64,000 nt of DNA from Candidatus Bathyarchaeota archaeon (GTDB lineage Archaea > Thermoproteota > Bathyarchaeia > 40CM-2-53-6), in NCBI GenBank assembly GCA_963733055.1, contig CAVTBR010000002.1, positions 416,001 through 480,000 of the forward strand, in the 5' to 3' direction. This document shows positions 28,888 through 38,103 of the stretch, one piece after another. A program made the position numbers and the translations under genes. Positions within the stretch are counted from its first letter, which is position 1. The number at the start of each line of letters is the position of its first letter. Under the pieces are notes generated by a model. That model did no database searches and was not told the origin of the DNA. It saw only the letters and a program-made list of their open reading frames with translations.

Positions 28888-29553
28888 ATGGGGATTAAGC
28901 AAGGGAAATCAATAGCGGCATCCCTTCAGCACTCAGTATTCCTATCCTCAACCACAGCCGAGAAGTATCCAACAATCATAGCAATCCACGGACGCGGAAC
29001 TGACGAGAACGATCTCGTGCCGCTCGTCCTCTCACTTCCCCTTCCAAACGTACTATTGATAACACCTCGGGCCCCCTTCCCATTTCCATACGGTGGGTTC
29101 CACTGGTATGATCTAGCCGGCGAGGGCATTCCCGAACCCAACACCTTCCGCAAGAGCACTGAGATGCTTCAAAAGTTCGTCGAGGAGGTCAAGCGAGGAT
29201 ACCCCGTAGATGCGAAAAGATTACTCCTATTGGGGTTCAGCCAGGGATCTGTGATGGCGTATACGACCGCGCTTTTGAACCCGACATCCTTCTTAGGGGT
29301 AGCTGCGTTAAGTGGTTATGTTCCGCATCGGTCGGGTTTGCCCTTGAAGCTGACCAATCTGAACGGTTTTCCAGTCTTCATATCTCACGGAAGCGAGGAC
29401 CAGATCATTCCCGCACGGCTGGGACGACAATCCGCCGAACTTCTCAGACGTGCCGGCGCGAGCGTTACCTATAGAGAATATCCTATGGGGCACGAGGTAA
29501 GAGAGGAAACTATGCGTGACCTAACTGAGTGGTCACGCAAGATCTTCCCATAA
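28888..29553 (+). CDS. phospholipase/carboxylesterase family alpha/beta hydrolase
   Basis: HGRG, GFSQG, HGSEDQII, MGHEV; start uncertain. Confidence 0.9.
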   Translation: MGIKQGKSIAASLQHSVFLSSTTAEKYPTIIAIHGRGTDENDLVPLVLSLPLPNVLLITPRAPFPFPYGGFHWYDLAGEGIPEPNTFRKSTEMLQKFVEEVKRGYPVDAKRLLLLGFSQGSVMAYTTALLNPTSFLGVAALSGYVPHRSGLPLKLTNLNGFPVFISHGSEDQIIPARLGRQSAELLRRAGASVTYREYPMGHEVREETMRDLTEWSRKIFP

Positions 29554-29556
29554 CAA

Positions 29557-29811
29557 TTATGAAATCCGAGTCCAGCTGGACTTCTTCTCAGAGTCCGTTC
29601 TCTGTCCTTTCGGTCTCTTGCCGACATAGTATCCGATCAAGAGGGCTGCAGGTACGTCGACGAAAGATGGATTTGTAAAATTGTGGGTCACGATGCGCCA
29701 CAGTATGTCAAGAACGACGCCCAATACTGCTAGGATCTGGCTCACTCTAACTCTCGGAACAACTGACGAAAAAGCCTCAACGAACTCATACGCCAACTTG
29801 AACCATCTCAC
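29557..29811 (-). CDS. small membrane protein
   Basis: two hydrophobic segments and basic tail. Confidence 0.45.
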   Translation of the reverse strand: MRWFKLAYEFVEAFSSVVPRVRVSQILAVLGVVLDILWRIVTHNFTNPSFVDVPAALLIGYYVGKRPKGQRTDSEKKSSWTRIS

Positions 29812-29899
29812 GCCAGGTGCGAATTCGAGAAGTTCAAGCTTAGACTGGCTTTAAGCATGATGCATCATGGAAGATAAACCGTGGATTGCACTGGTCTAT

Positions 29900-30656
29900 C
29901 TAACCGTGGGACAACTCAACGATCCCGCACACCGGGGGATTCTTTCCGAAATAGGCGTAAAGCCATAGGGGAACGATGGTGAAATCCAATCCCAGCATAA
30001 TGAAGAGCATGACTATACCGGCCTCAGTTTGTTCGTAAACGGGATATGCGGCATAGATTGTGATGGGAGTTAGCACTAAGAACGCTCCGTAAAGCCCCAT
30101 CACCTTTCCCACAACAACCGGCGCGATTAATTTCATTCGTTTGCTCAAGAACGTGGACCCAACGAAAATCAGCCCGCCCGCCAAGAATAGTGTGACATGC
30201 ATCTCTAGGTGGCTGTTAGCAGCCACCGTAGCCGCGTCGAATTGAGCAGGCACGTACCAGTATGCAATCAAGACAGCTGCGGCAAGAAATGTCAAAAGGC
30301 CAAACTTGTTTACCCCCAGATTGACTTTCACCATTAGTGCGTGGACACGCGAAACTTTTGCGGAGAGTCGCGAGGCAACAAGAATCAAACTGCTGAGTCC
30401 GTAGGCGAGCAACACGCCCGCGGCTAGGAAAAAGAGATGTTGCACAACCATGTGAGTAACCAACGTCCCTCCGAGTACCTCTCCTAACGGACTGAGCATT
30501 GAACTGAGGATCATCAGACTGGCCGTCGGCCGCAACTAGGCCCAAACGAATCTGAGGCATGAGTACATGATTCATGTACCACGCCCTCGCTTCCCCCAAC
30601 GTGAGTCCAATGGGAACTAAACGGTGCACTTCGTCTGAAGCTGACTGCTCGTTCAA
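29900..30656 (-). CDS. DUF1404/caa3-CtaG-like oxidase assembly membrane protein, probably frameshifted near 30530
   Basis: HMVVQH, YWYVP..FD, HLEMH, Q..AG..M motifs; N-terminal TM segment continues in the frame starting at 30656. Confidence 0.65.
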
Positions 30657-30810
30657 TACCCTACGCCTACGTTTCTCCCATGGCTGCTTATCTTCCCAGG
30701 TTCAGAAAATATGACGCGCCGCGGCGAAATGAATCTTGCCCACTACAGGGGACATCCAAACCTAAATATCAGAAGTCTAAGTTTGCAGGAACGAAAAACC
30801 GGCGTGTTGA

Positions 30811-31044
30811 TTGTTCGTGCGGTCAAAAGCAGCGAATTTCATACTGAGGGCATTGGCAATAGTTGTTGCCTCCCTTCTGACTTTGCCCGCAGCATTCGCC
30901 CAGTCCCCGGAGGTCTCTGCCGAATGGGCGCTATTCAACCAAATTCTCATAATCGGCATCGCCACGGGACTCGTCGTTTTCGGAATCATGTTTTACGCTA
31001 TCATAAGGTATAGAGAGAGACCGCAAGACGCTGGCGCGAAATAA
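30811..31044 (+). CDS. cytochrome c oxidase subunit II, N-terminal part (signal peptide plus first TM helix)
   Basis: AAFAQ cleavage-like site; LFNQILII..VVFGIMFYAIIRYR matches subunit II helix I; TAATG coupling. Confidence 0.7.
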   Translation: MFVRSKAANFILRALAIVVASLLTLPAAFAQSPEVSAEWALFNQILIIGIATGLVVFGIMFYAIIRYRERPQDAGAK

Positions 31045-31514
31045 TGGTAGACAAGGGTCACGCGCTCGAACTGATCGCGGTATTAGTGACGGCTGTTGTT
31101 TTGGGTTACATCGGGGTGGTGGCAGGGGCAAATCTGATCGCCATCGACACACCCCCGCCCGGATCGCTCCACGTGAAGATTGTAGCGAGACAGTTCTATT
31201 GGACGTTTGAATACGCACCCAACAGTTCCATCACATTTCCAAACGGCACAACTCGACAATTTCCAAACGGGACCAGCTTCCAGAACACGCTTTATGTAAG
31301 CGTTGGCGAGAATGTGGACTTAGAACTCGTATCCATGGACGTCGCACATAGTTTCTTCATTCCCCAGCTCGGCATCCATATCGACGCCATCCCCGGACAT
31401 GACAACCACTATTGGTTCAGGGCTGACACTCCGGGTGAGTATACGATCGAATGCACCCAATTTTGCGGCACTGGACACTACACAATGATAGCTCAACTAG
31501 TAGTGGTCGCATAG
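31044..31514 (+). CDS. coxB: cytochrome c oxidase subunit II, CuA domain plus second TM helix
   Basis: QFYWTFEY, DVAHSF, CTQFCGTGHYTM. Confidence 0.9.
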   Translation: MVDKGHALELIAVLVTAVVLGYIGVVAGANLIAIDTPPPGSLHVKIVARQFYWTFEYAPNSSITFPNGTTRQFPNGTSFQNTLYVSVGENVDLELVSMDVAHSFFIPQLGIHIDAIPGHDNHYWFRADTPGEYTIECTQFCGTGHYTMIAQLVVVA

Positions 31515-31528
31515 GAAGTGTCGTGCTG

Positions 31529-33010
31529 ATGCAGGTTGTAGTACAGGAGAAAGAGAAGCCGGCGTTCTATTCAAGCCTCAAAGGAATTCTCACCACAACA
31601 CATCACACGGACATAGGCATTCTCTACATCGCCACTTCATTCTTCTTCTTCCTACTCGGGGGCGTGGCAGCACTCCTGATCAGAACACAACTCGCCGAGC
31701 CGGGCAACGCCGTTGTGACCCCGGAAGTTTACGATAGCCTCTTCACGACTCACGGGACGACGATGATATTCCTCTGGGTGATACCCTGCCTGATCGGTTT
31801 TGGAAACTACCTCGTTCCGAAACTGATTGGAGCCAGGGACATGTACTTCCCGAGGCTCAACGCGTTGAGCTACTGGCTACTTCCGGTTGGGGGTGCACTG
31901 ATTTGGGCTGGGCTTCCTGACGCTGGGTGGACTGGTTATGCCCCACTTTCAGCCTATTCTCCCGGCTACGGAATAGACCTCTGGCTGCTAGGGCTTATGG
32001 TTCTCGGAATCTCGTCTATACTTGGATCTGTGAACTTCGTTGTTACGATCTACAAGCTCCGTGCTCCAGGCGTATTGTTCCGGAACATGTCTCTCTTCGT
32101 GTGGATGATGCTCGTCACGGCTTTCCTAGTCATTGGCGCCACTCCAGTCCTCACCGTCGCTCTGCTTATGCTCTTTATGGACCGCAACCTGGGAACGGGT
32201 TTCTTTCTACCTAAACTAGGAGGCGACCCACTGCTCTGGCAACACATGTTCTGGTTCTTCGGGCATCCAGAGGTCTATATCATGATAATTCCCGCGTTCG
32301 GGTTGATATCCGAAATTATTCCGGTAATGTCCCATAAACAGATTTTCGGCTACGGAATGATTGCTGGCTCGGGCATAATGATCGGCGTCTTTGGATTTGG
32401 GGTATGGGCACACCACATGTTCACATCGGGTCTATCCGACATAGCAAGGCTGCCGTTCATGGCTATGACTCTGGCTATCGCCGTCCCATCGGGGGTTAAG
32501 GTGTTCAATTGGATAGGCACTATGTGGGGGGGAAGGATTAGCCTCAAGGTCCCGATGAAATACGCGATAGCGTTCATCTCCACGTTCTTCTTCGCAGGGG
32601 CTACGGGGGTTTTTCAGGCAGCCATTCCCGTCGACTACCTGTTTCATGACACATACTGGGTAGTTGGACACATACACCTAATGCTTCTCGGCGCTTCGAC
32701 GCAGGCAATCTTCGCGGCGTTATACTTCTACTTCCCGTACATGACGGGGCGGATGTATAACGAGAGGTGGGGCAACATTCAGTTCTGGATTACCGAGGTC
32801 GGCATCTACATGCTCTTCTCAATGATGCTTCTCCTCGGGTTGGAAGGAATGCCTAGGCGATGGTACACGTACCCACTCCAATACGCAACCCCGAACGTTC
32901 TCGCCAGCCTCTCCGGCTTCCTCATCGGGATCGGCGTGATCATTCTGGTTCTGAATTTAGTCTTCAGCTGGCTCCGTGGGCCAAAGGTCACAGGAAACCC
33001 GTGGCCATGA
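31529..33010 (+). CDS. coxA: heme-copper oxygen reductase subunit I, type A1
   Basis: THGTTM, DMYFPRLN, GHPEVY, WAHH, VKVFNW, HDTYWVVGHIH, GMPRR. Confidence 0.95.
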   Translation: MQVVVQEKEKPAFYSSLKGILTTTHHTDIGILYIATSFFFFLLGGVAALLIRTQLAEPGNAVVTPEVYDSLFTTHGTTMIFLWVIPCLIGFGNYLVPKLIGARDMYFPRLNALSYWLLPVGGALIWAGLPDAGWTGYAPLSAYSPGYGIDLWLLGLMVLGISSILGSVNFVVTIYKLRAPGVLFRNMSLFVWMMLVTAFLVIGATPVLTVALLMLFMDRNLGTGFFLPKLGGDPLLWQHMFWFFGHPEVYIMIIPAFGLISEIIPVMSHKQIFGYGMIAGSGIMIGVFGFGVWAHHMFTSGLSDIARLPFMAMTLAIAVPSGVKVFNWIGTMWGGRISLKVPMKYAIAFISTFFFAGATGVFQAAIPVDYLFHDTYWVVGHIHLMLLGASTQAIFAALYFYFPYMTGRMYNERWGNIQFWITEVGIYMLFSMMLLLGLEGMPRRWYTYPLQYATPNVLASLSGFLIGIGVIILVLNLVFSWLRGPKVTGNPWP

Positions 33011-33447
33011 AGATGAAAGCTTTCCCCCTTCTGTCCCTGGCCACCGCAGTTTCGGTATACATCCTGATTGTCATCGGAGGCCTCGTAGCATCCTACGGTT
33101 ACGGTTTAGCCTGCCCAGACTGGCCACTATGCAATGGGCAAATCGTCCCAACCCTCACCACCCCCGTCATTGTGGAGTACACTCATAGACTATGGACGCT
33201 CGTCGTCACTGCCCTAGTCATTGCAACTACCGTGTTTGCGTGGAAGAAATATCACTGGGGAAGCATGGTTACCGTAATCTCAACGCTAACATTCATCTTA
33301 CTACTAGGGCAGATAGTTCTCGGAATGGTTACCGTGGACACACGCACGTTACCTTTAGCGGTAACCGCCCACCTCGCCCTTGCGACGCTAGTCTTCGCAA
33401 GCGCGTTAACAGCTAGTTTTGTCTCACTCACAAAGGTAGGTCGTTGA
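33007..33447 (+). CDS. ctaA: compact (single-module) heme A synthase CtaA/COX15
   Basis: CPDWPLC, EYTHR, QIVLG, TAHL; ATGA overlap with coxA. Confidence 0.85.
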   Translation: MKMKAFPLLSLATAVSVYILIVIGGLVASYGYGLACPDWPLCNGQIVPTLTTPVIVEYTHRLWTLVVTALVIATTVFAWKKYHWGSMVTVISTLTFILLLGQIVLGMVTVDTRTLPLAVTAHLALATLVFASALTASFVSLTKVGR

Positions 33448-33537
33448 CGAGTTGACAAAAGAACAGGTCGTAATAGTCTCCTTTACGATAGCGACAGTTG
33501 TAGTGATATCAGTTATACTACGAGCAGTGCTCACGCG

Positions 33538-34446
33538 TTAGCTTTGACCTGGCGGACCTTGCGCCCTCGTTTTACCTTGTAGCAACAGAAGGGCCCGAAC
33601 AGTATCTGTTGAAGCGAGCAAGTAGCCGATCCTTAGCTCCTGCCCTCCACTGACATGTTCTTCCAGCATTCTGCGAGTCAGTTCGTAGGGGCCGGCTAAG
33701 TAGTTGGACCGGATCCCCTTTCGATCCTCCCTCCAGGCTGTGATGACTTCAGGATCGACTCGGAACATGTCGAACGAATCTCCGGACAAATGACGCTCAT
33801 ATTCACCTGTCGGAGTGGGTTTGAACTCCGCGAGATTAAGTTCCATAGGTTCGCTTGTCACGGTAGAAGCGCCCGCAGATGACCCGGTTACTTGCGCCCC
33901 TCCCGTTGTTGAAACGATAGTCTCGGGTGAAATTTCCAGCGTTTCCGGCATTTTCTTCAGGCTGGCTTCCTCCTGTGCACCCAATCTACCAATTGAACCG
34001 AAGATTACGTATGACAAAACCCCGAATGTCACGAGCAATACCTCAACCCACCAACGCGCCTCGTTGTAGATTGAACGTATGAAGACTTGTAGAACAAGGT
34101 CTGCCGCGGAGATCAGGCCAAGAAACGCGAAGAAGTACCCGATGTATTCTATCGTTTTGTAGAAACCCGGTTTCGGTGGGGTGGCTTCTTCAACAATCAA
34201 CTCCACCCCGACGTCAGGCCTTGCTGTTACTGGCGCAACAGTTGTAGGAGGCGTTATTGGTTTCATAAGGTAGTAGAGCGAGACGAAAACTAACACGGAC
34301 CCACCCAGAAGCAGGTTCGCCGCCAAGAACTGTGAGGTGAATGCTTGCGCTCCAGGAAGCCCTGACGCAACTAGGTTGAAGCCGTAGTCGACTAAAACGA
34401 ACCCTGCCGCTAACCCCAAGGCCTGAGGGAGACGACGTGAAACCAA
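33538..34446 (-). CDS. hypothetical membrane protein
   Basis: four TM segments then soluble C-terminal domain. Confidence 0.6.
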   Translation of the reverse strand: MVSRRLPQALGLAAGFVLVDYGFNLVASGLPGAQAFTSQFLAANLLLGGSVLVFVSLYYLMKPITPPTTVAPVTARPDVGVELIVEEATPPKPGFYKTIEYIGYFFAFLGLISAADLVLQVFIRSIYNEARWWVEVLLVTFGVLSYVIFGSIGRLGAQEEASLKKMPETLEISPETIVSTTGGAQVTGSSAGASTVTSEPMELNLAEFKPTPTGEYERHLSGDSFDMFRVDPEVITAWREDRKGIRSNYLAGPYELTRRMLEEHVSGGQELRIGYLLASTDTVRALLLLQGKTRAQGPPGQS

Positions 34447-34531
34447 TTACCTTCGAGCCCTTCGACAATCAACAGGTGGCTAATAAAAGCTCAATTTGAG
34501 AGCACCCTAACACGCAGAGTCGAGGCCTCGT

Positions 34532-34945
34532 TCATGAGATCTCGAATTCATTTCCATCGAGATCCTTCAAAATGGCGTACTTGCCCCAGCTCGTAGAGGT
34601 TAGTTCCTCCGCAAACTCTACGCCCTCTTTCTTTAGTTCGAAGTAGGTCCTCTCAACATTCTCAGGATTACTCGCGGGTACAAGCCGCCCGGATTTCTCG
34701 TCTTTTCGCATATTGATTTCTCCGCATTGCAACCAGACCCCGGTTCTCCCACCCGGTTGATCCTGTCCCCATTCATCGCATCGTCCGCAAAGATGCAAGA
34801 GGGATGTCTGGGATCCCTTAGGTTTTACGAAAACCGCGTGCCCCCCATTTTCAATTACTTCGAAGCCAAGCTTGTCGCGATACCATTCCGCGGATTTTCT
34901 TGCGTCGTGGACGAGAATTGCTACAGAGCCGACTCCGGTTATCAT
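34532..34945 (-). CDS. VOC/glyoxalase family protein
   Basis: VAILVHD..WYRDKLGF; WGKYAILKDLDGNEFEI. Confidence 0.9.
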   Translation of the reverse strand: MITGVGSVAILVHDARKSAEWYRDKLGFEVIENGGHAVFVKPKGSQTSLLHLCGRCDEWGQDQPGGRTGVWLQCGEINMRKDEKSGRLVPASNPENVERTYFELKKEGVEFAEELTSTSWGKYAILKDLDGNEFEIS

Positions 34946-35059
34946 AACTGCTTCACACCAATTGAAGGGCTGAAACGAATAAAATGGGCGCTCTTGCTTT
35001 TCTTGCTTTACCGAAACCTTATATTTCTTGGAGCTGCGCGGGGCGAAAGGTTCCGCAAA

Positions 35060-35908
35060 ATGGGAACGGCCAGCGACACCTCGCCAGCGCACTCCGAGGA
35101 TAACGCGCCTGAATACCTCGAACATTCCGCCTGGCCAGTACTCATCGCTATGGCGATAGGGGTTGCGATGGTAGGCCTGTTCTTACTACTCAAGGGCCTC
35201 GTCCTACCTGCAGCTATTCTGATGATGCTTTCGTTCGGCGCGGTATTGGGAGGATTTCTTTACAGCGACACCCGGAACTGGCGTACTTCCGTGTCGAAGT
35301 CACTCGGCAAAATTCCCCCCGGAACTGTTCTCGGGCCGTTTCCAGTCGACATTAGTCTGACTGTTCAACTGATCATTCTAACCGAGGTACTTCTCTTCGG
35401 TGGCGCGTTCGCCATGTACTTCGCGATCAGAGTACAATTTCCCTTTTGGCCTCCGGCAGGGGCCCCCATCCTAGATACTTCCATAGCACGAATACAGACT
35501 TTGATTCTGATATCAAGCAGTGTACTCGTTGAGTGGGCTATTTGGCAGCTGAAACGTGGAAATGAAAGAACATTCAAGTTCGGTCTAATCGGAACTACCA
35601 TATTGGCGAGCCTGTTTCCGATTCTCCAGTTCGGTTTCGAGTGGCCTCATCTCATCCTCGGCGGTATACTCACTCCCACGAGCGGATTTTTCGGAGCGAC
35701 CTTCTTCCTACTGACAGGTATTCATGGCGCGCACGTGGTAGCTGGAGTTATCGCGTACACTTACACGGACATTCGGGCGTTTATGGGCCAATATACGCCT
35801 AAGAACTACGGCTTTGCAGAAGCCACGTCCACCTACTGGCACTTCGTACACATAATCTGGCTTTTGCTCTTTGCTCTGCTCTGGCAGGGGAGTCGACTCT
35901 TACATTGA
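35060..35908 (+). CDS. coxC: cytochrome c oxidase subunit III
   Basis: HSAWP, TEVLLF, WPP, LISSS, LTGIHGAHV, YWHFVHIIW; TTATAT TATA box near 35019. Confidence 0.9.
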   Translation: MGTASDTSPAHSEDNAPEYLEHSAWPVLIAMAIGVAMVGLFLLLKGLVLPAAILMMLSFGAVLGGFLYSDTRNWRTSVSKSLGKIPPGTVLGPFPVDISLTVQLIILTEVLLFGGAFAMYFAIRVQFPFWPPAGAPILDTSIARIQTLILISSSVLVEWAIWQLKRGNERTFKFGLIGTTILASLFPILQFGFEWPHLILGGILTPTSGFFGATFFLLTGIHGAHVVAGVIAYTYTDIRAFMGQYTPKNYGFAEATSTYWHFVHIIWLLLFALLWQGSRLLH

Positions 35909-36399
35909 AGCTGGAGGATTTCGGAACATTCGTAATCTTCACCGCACTCTACGCGGCGGGTACCCTCGGCCTACCAACGTTCTCGCTGCTGGCCTATCAA
36001 GTGAAGGTGGGCGAATTACCCACTGCATTTGTTGCGATCTTCGGGTACCCTGCAATCCTAGGTCTAACTCTTGGACAGTTTATCGCAAACCTTGGGGTTG
36101 AAGCCTCCCCCGTCGCGATGATATCCCCGGCAGTCTCCTTCCTTGGTTATTTGATCGTCTACCGTTTACGCAAAGTAAGTACGCTCGCGGGTTGCGTCGC
36201 CTACATGGTACTCACTTCAGCCTGGTTGACGTACCTATTGCCCATAACTACAGGCGTATCCACGACCGAGGCCGCATACTCCGCGTTCCTTGGCCAAGCG
36301 ATCGCAGTAATGATAGGTTACGCCGCATACCTCGGAGCGAAGAGAATGAGGTCGACTCCGGGACCGACAACGACCGATCATAACGTTCAGCACCAATGA
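35905..36399 (+). CDS. QueT-like ECF S-component membrane protein
   Basis: ALYAA..QVKVGE..GLTLGQFIANL. Confidence 0.7.
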   Translation: MKLEDFGTFVIFTALYAAGTLGLPTFSLLAYQVKVGELPTAFVAIFGYPAILGLTLGQFIANLGVEASPVAMISPAVSFLGYLIVYRLRKVSTLAGCVAYMVLTSAWLTYLLPITTGVSTTEAAYSAFLGQAIAVMIGYAAYLGAKRMRSTPGPTTTDHNVQHQ

Positions 36400-36444
36400 T
36401 TTTACAATCAAGGCATTGTAATCGCTTCCAACGAGGTCGGACCA

Positions 36445-37638
36445 TTGCCAGGGCCGTTAGAAGGCATACGTATACTCGACGTGTCCCGCGTTTTGACTGG
36501 CCCCTTCTGTACCATGATCCTCGGCGATCTCGGAGCCGAAGTAATCAAGATAGAAACAACAGGCGGCGGGGACGATACTAGGCAGTGGGGTCCGCCGTTT
36601 ATTGGAGGGGAGAGCGCGTATTTTCTCTCAATCAACCGCAATAAGAAAAGCCTAACCCTCGACCTCAGCAGCAATGAAGGCCGAAGCATCTTCTACGATC
36701 TCGTCGCAAAATGTGATGTAATGATCGAAAATTTTCGACCTGGCGTAACCGAAAAACTTCAGATCAATTATCCGACCATATCAAAGAAAAACCCGACCCT
36801 CATCTACTGCTCCATAACAAGTTTCGGCCCAAGGGGACCTTACAAAGACTGGCCAGCATACGATATCGTGATCCAGGGTATGGGCGGCCTGATGGGAGTA
36901 ACTGGAGAACCCGAACGGCCTCCTGTGAGAATCGGCGTTGCTATCTCGGATCTAGGCGCGGGCATGTACGCTACCATCGCTATCCTCGCAGCCTTAGCAG
37001 GTAGACAACGTACTGGGAGAGGGCAGATGGTTGATGTCTCCTTGTTGGACAGTACGGTTTCGCTGATGACCTATATGGCGGGCTACTTTTTCGCGACGGG
37101 CCAAAGCCCGAAGAGAATGGGATCCGCCCACCCAACCATCGTCCCCTATCAATGCTTCAAGACTAAGGATGGGGATTTCGTCACGGTTGCGATTGGAAAC
37201 GACAAGCTATTCCGCACTTTCTCAAAAACTATCGGTATGGAGAACTTGGCAGATGATCCGAAGTTCTCCTCCAACGCCCAAAGGGTAGCCAACAGGAATG
37301 AGCTGATTCCTCAACTGGAGCGAACGTTCTTACAGAAGACCAGGGAAGAATGGTTGCGCATCCTAACCGAAGCAAAGCTACCAGCCGGACCGGTCTACTC
37401 TATTGGAGAAATCCTTTCGGACCCTCAAATCAAGCAGAGAGAAATGCATGTCACCATTACCCACCCCAAAGCAGGTAAGATTAGCCAGATTGGAATTCCA
37501 ATGAAATTCTCCGAGACGACGCCCGAGATCCGAAACCCACCTCCCCTACTCGGACAACACACAGATGAAATCCTCAGTAAGCTGCTCGGGTACGATTCGC
37601 ACCGCATAGCGGAGTTACATGAGAAACGAATAGTGTGA
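36445..37638 (+). CDS. family III CoA-transferase (CaiB/BaiF)
   Basis: PLEGIRILD, GPFC..LGDLGAEVIKIE, NRNKKS, ENFRPG, ISDLGAG. Confidence 0.95.
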   Translation: MPGPLEGIRILDVSRVLTGPFCTMILGDLGAEVIKIETTGGGDDTRQWGPPFIGGESAYFLSINRNKKSLTLDLSSNEGRSIFYDLVAKCDVMIENFRPGVTEKLQINYPTISKKNPTLIYCSITSFGPRGPYKDWPAYDIVIQGMGGLMGVTGEPERPPVRIGVAISDLGAGMYATIAILAALAGRQRTGRGQMVDVSLLDSTVSLMTYMAGYFFATGQSPKRMGSAHPTIVPYQCFKTKDGDFVTVAIGNDKLFRTFSKTIGMENLADDPKFSSNAQRVANRNELIPQLERTFLQKTREEWLRILTEAKLPAGPVYSIGEILSDPQIKQREMHVTITHPKAGKISQIGIPMKFSETTPEIRNPPPLLGQHTDEILSKLLGYDSHRIAELHEKRIV

Positions 37639-37642
37639 GGCG

Positions 37643-38103
37643 ATGGAAATTTTGCATCTAGAAGGAACCTATGTACTAAACTGCCCCCGAAGCGACGTGT
37701 GGAAGTTCATCTCTGACCCACAACAAATAGCCCACTGCCTTCCTGACCTCCAAAGCCTTGAGGTCAAAGATGCTAACCATTTCGTGGCCACGGTCAAGGT
37801 GGGCGTCGCGTTTGTTGCGGCACCTTCAAATTTGATTTCACGCTAATCGACCAGACACCACCATCCCATTCCTCGTTTGAAGCGGTTGGTAAGGGAGCGG
37901 GAGTATCTCTGCGGCTTAACGCAACGATGGACCTGAAGGAGATCAGCGCGGACAGCACCGAGCTCGCTTGGAAGTCTGAAGTGCAGTTAGGGGGGTTGCT
38001 TGGCGAGATTTCTCCAAGCCTAATTCAGAACAGTACAGACAAGATGACCCGCCAATTCTTTGACTGCATCAAGGCCCAACTCGAACTCCACCCTTCAGTC
38101 TGA
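37643..38103 (+). pseudogene. CoxG/SRPBCC family protein with one-base frameshift near 37817
   Basis: VWKFISDPQQIAHCLP..KVGVAFV then GTFKFDF..GGLLGEI..FFDCIKAQLE in the -1 frame to TGA 38103. Confidence 0.8.

Noticed and set aside
34727-35059. Long N-terminal extension of coxC and overlapping extension of the VOC gene
   Set aside because: Mutual antisense overlap; conserved sequence begins at ATG 35060 and ATG 34945 with a TATA box between.
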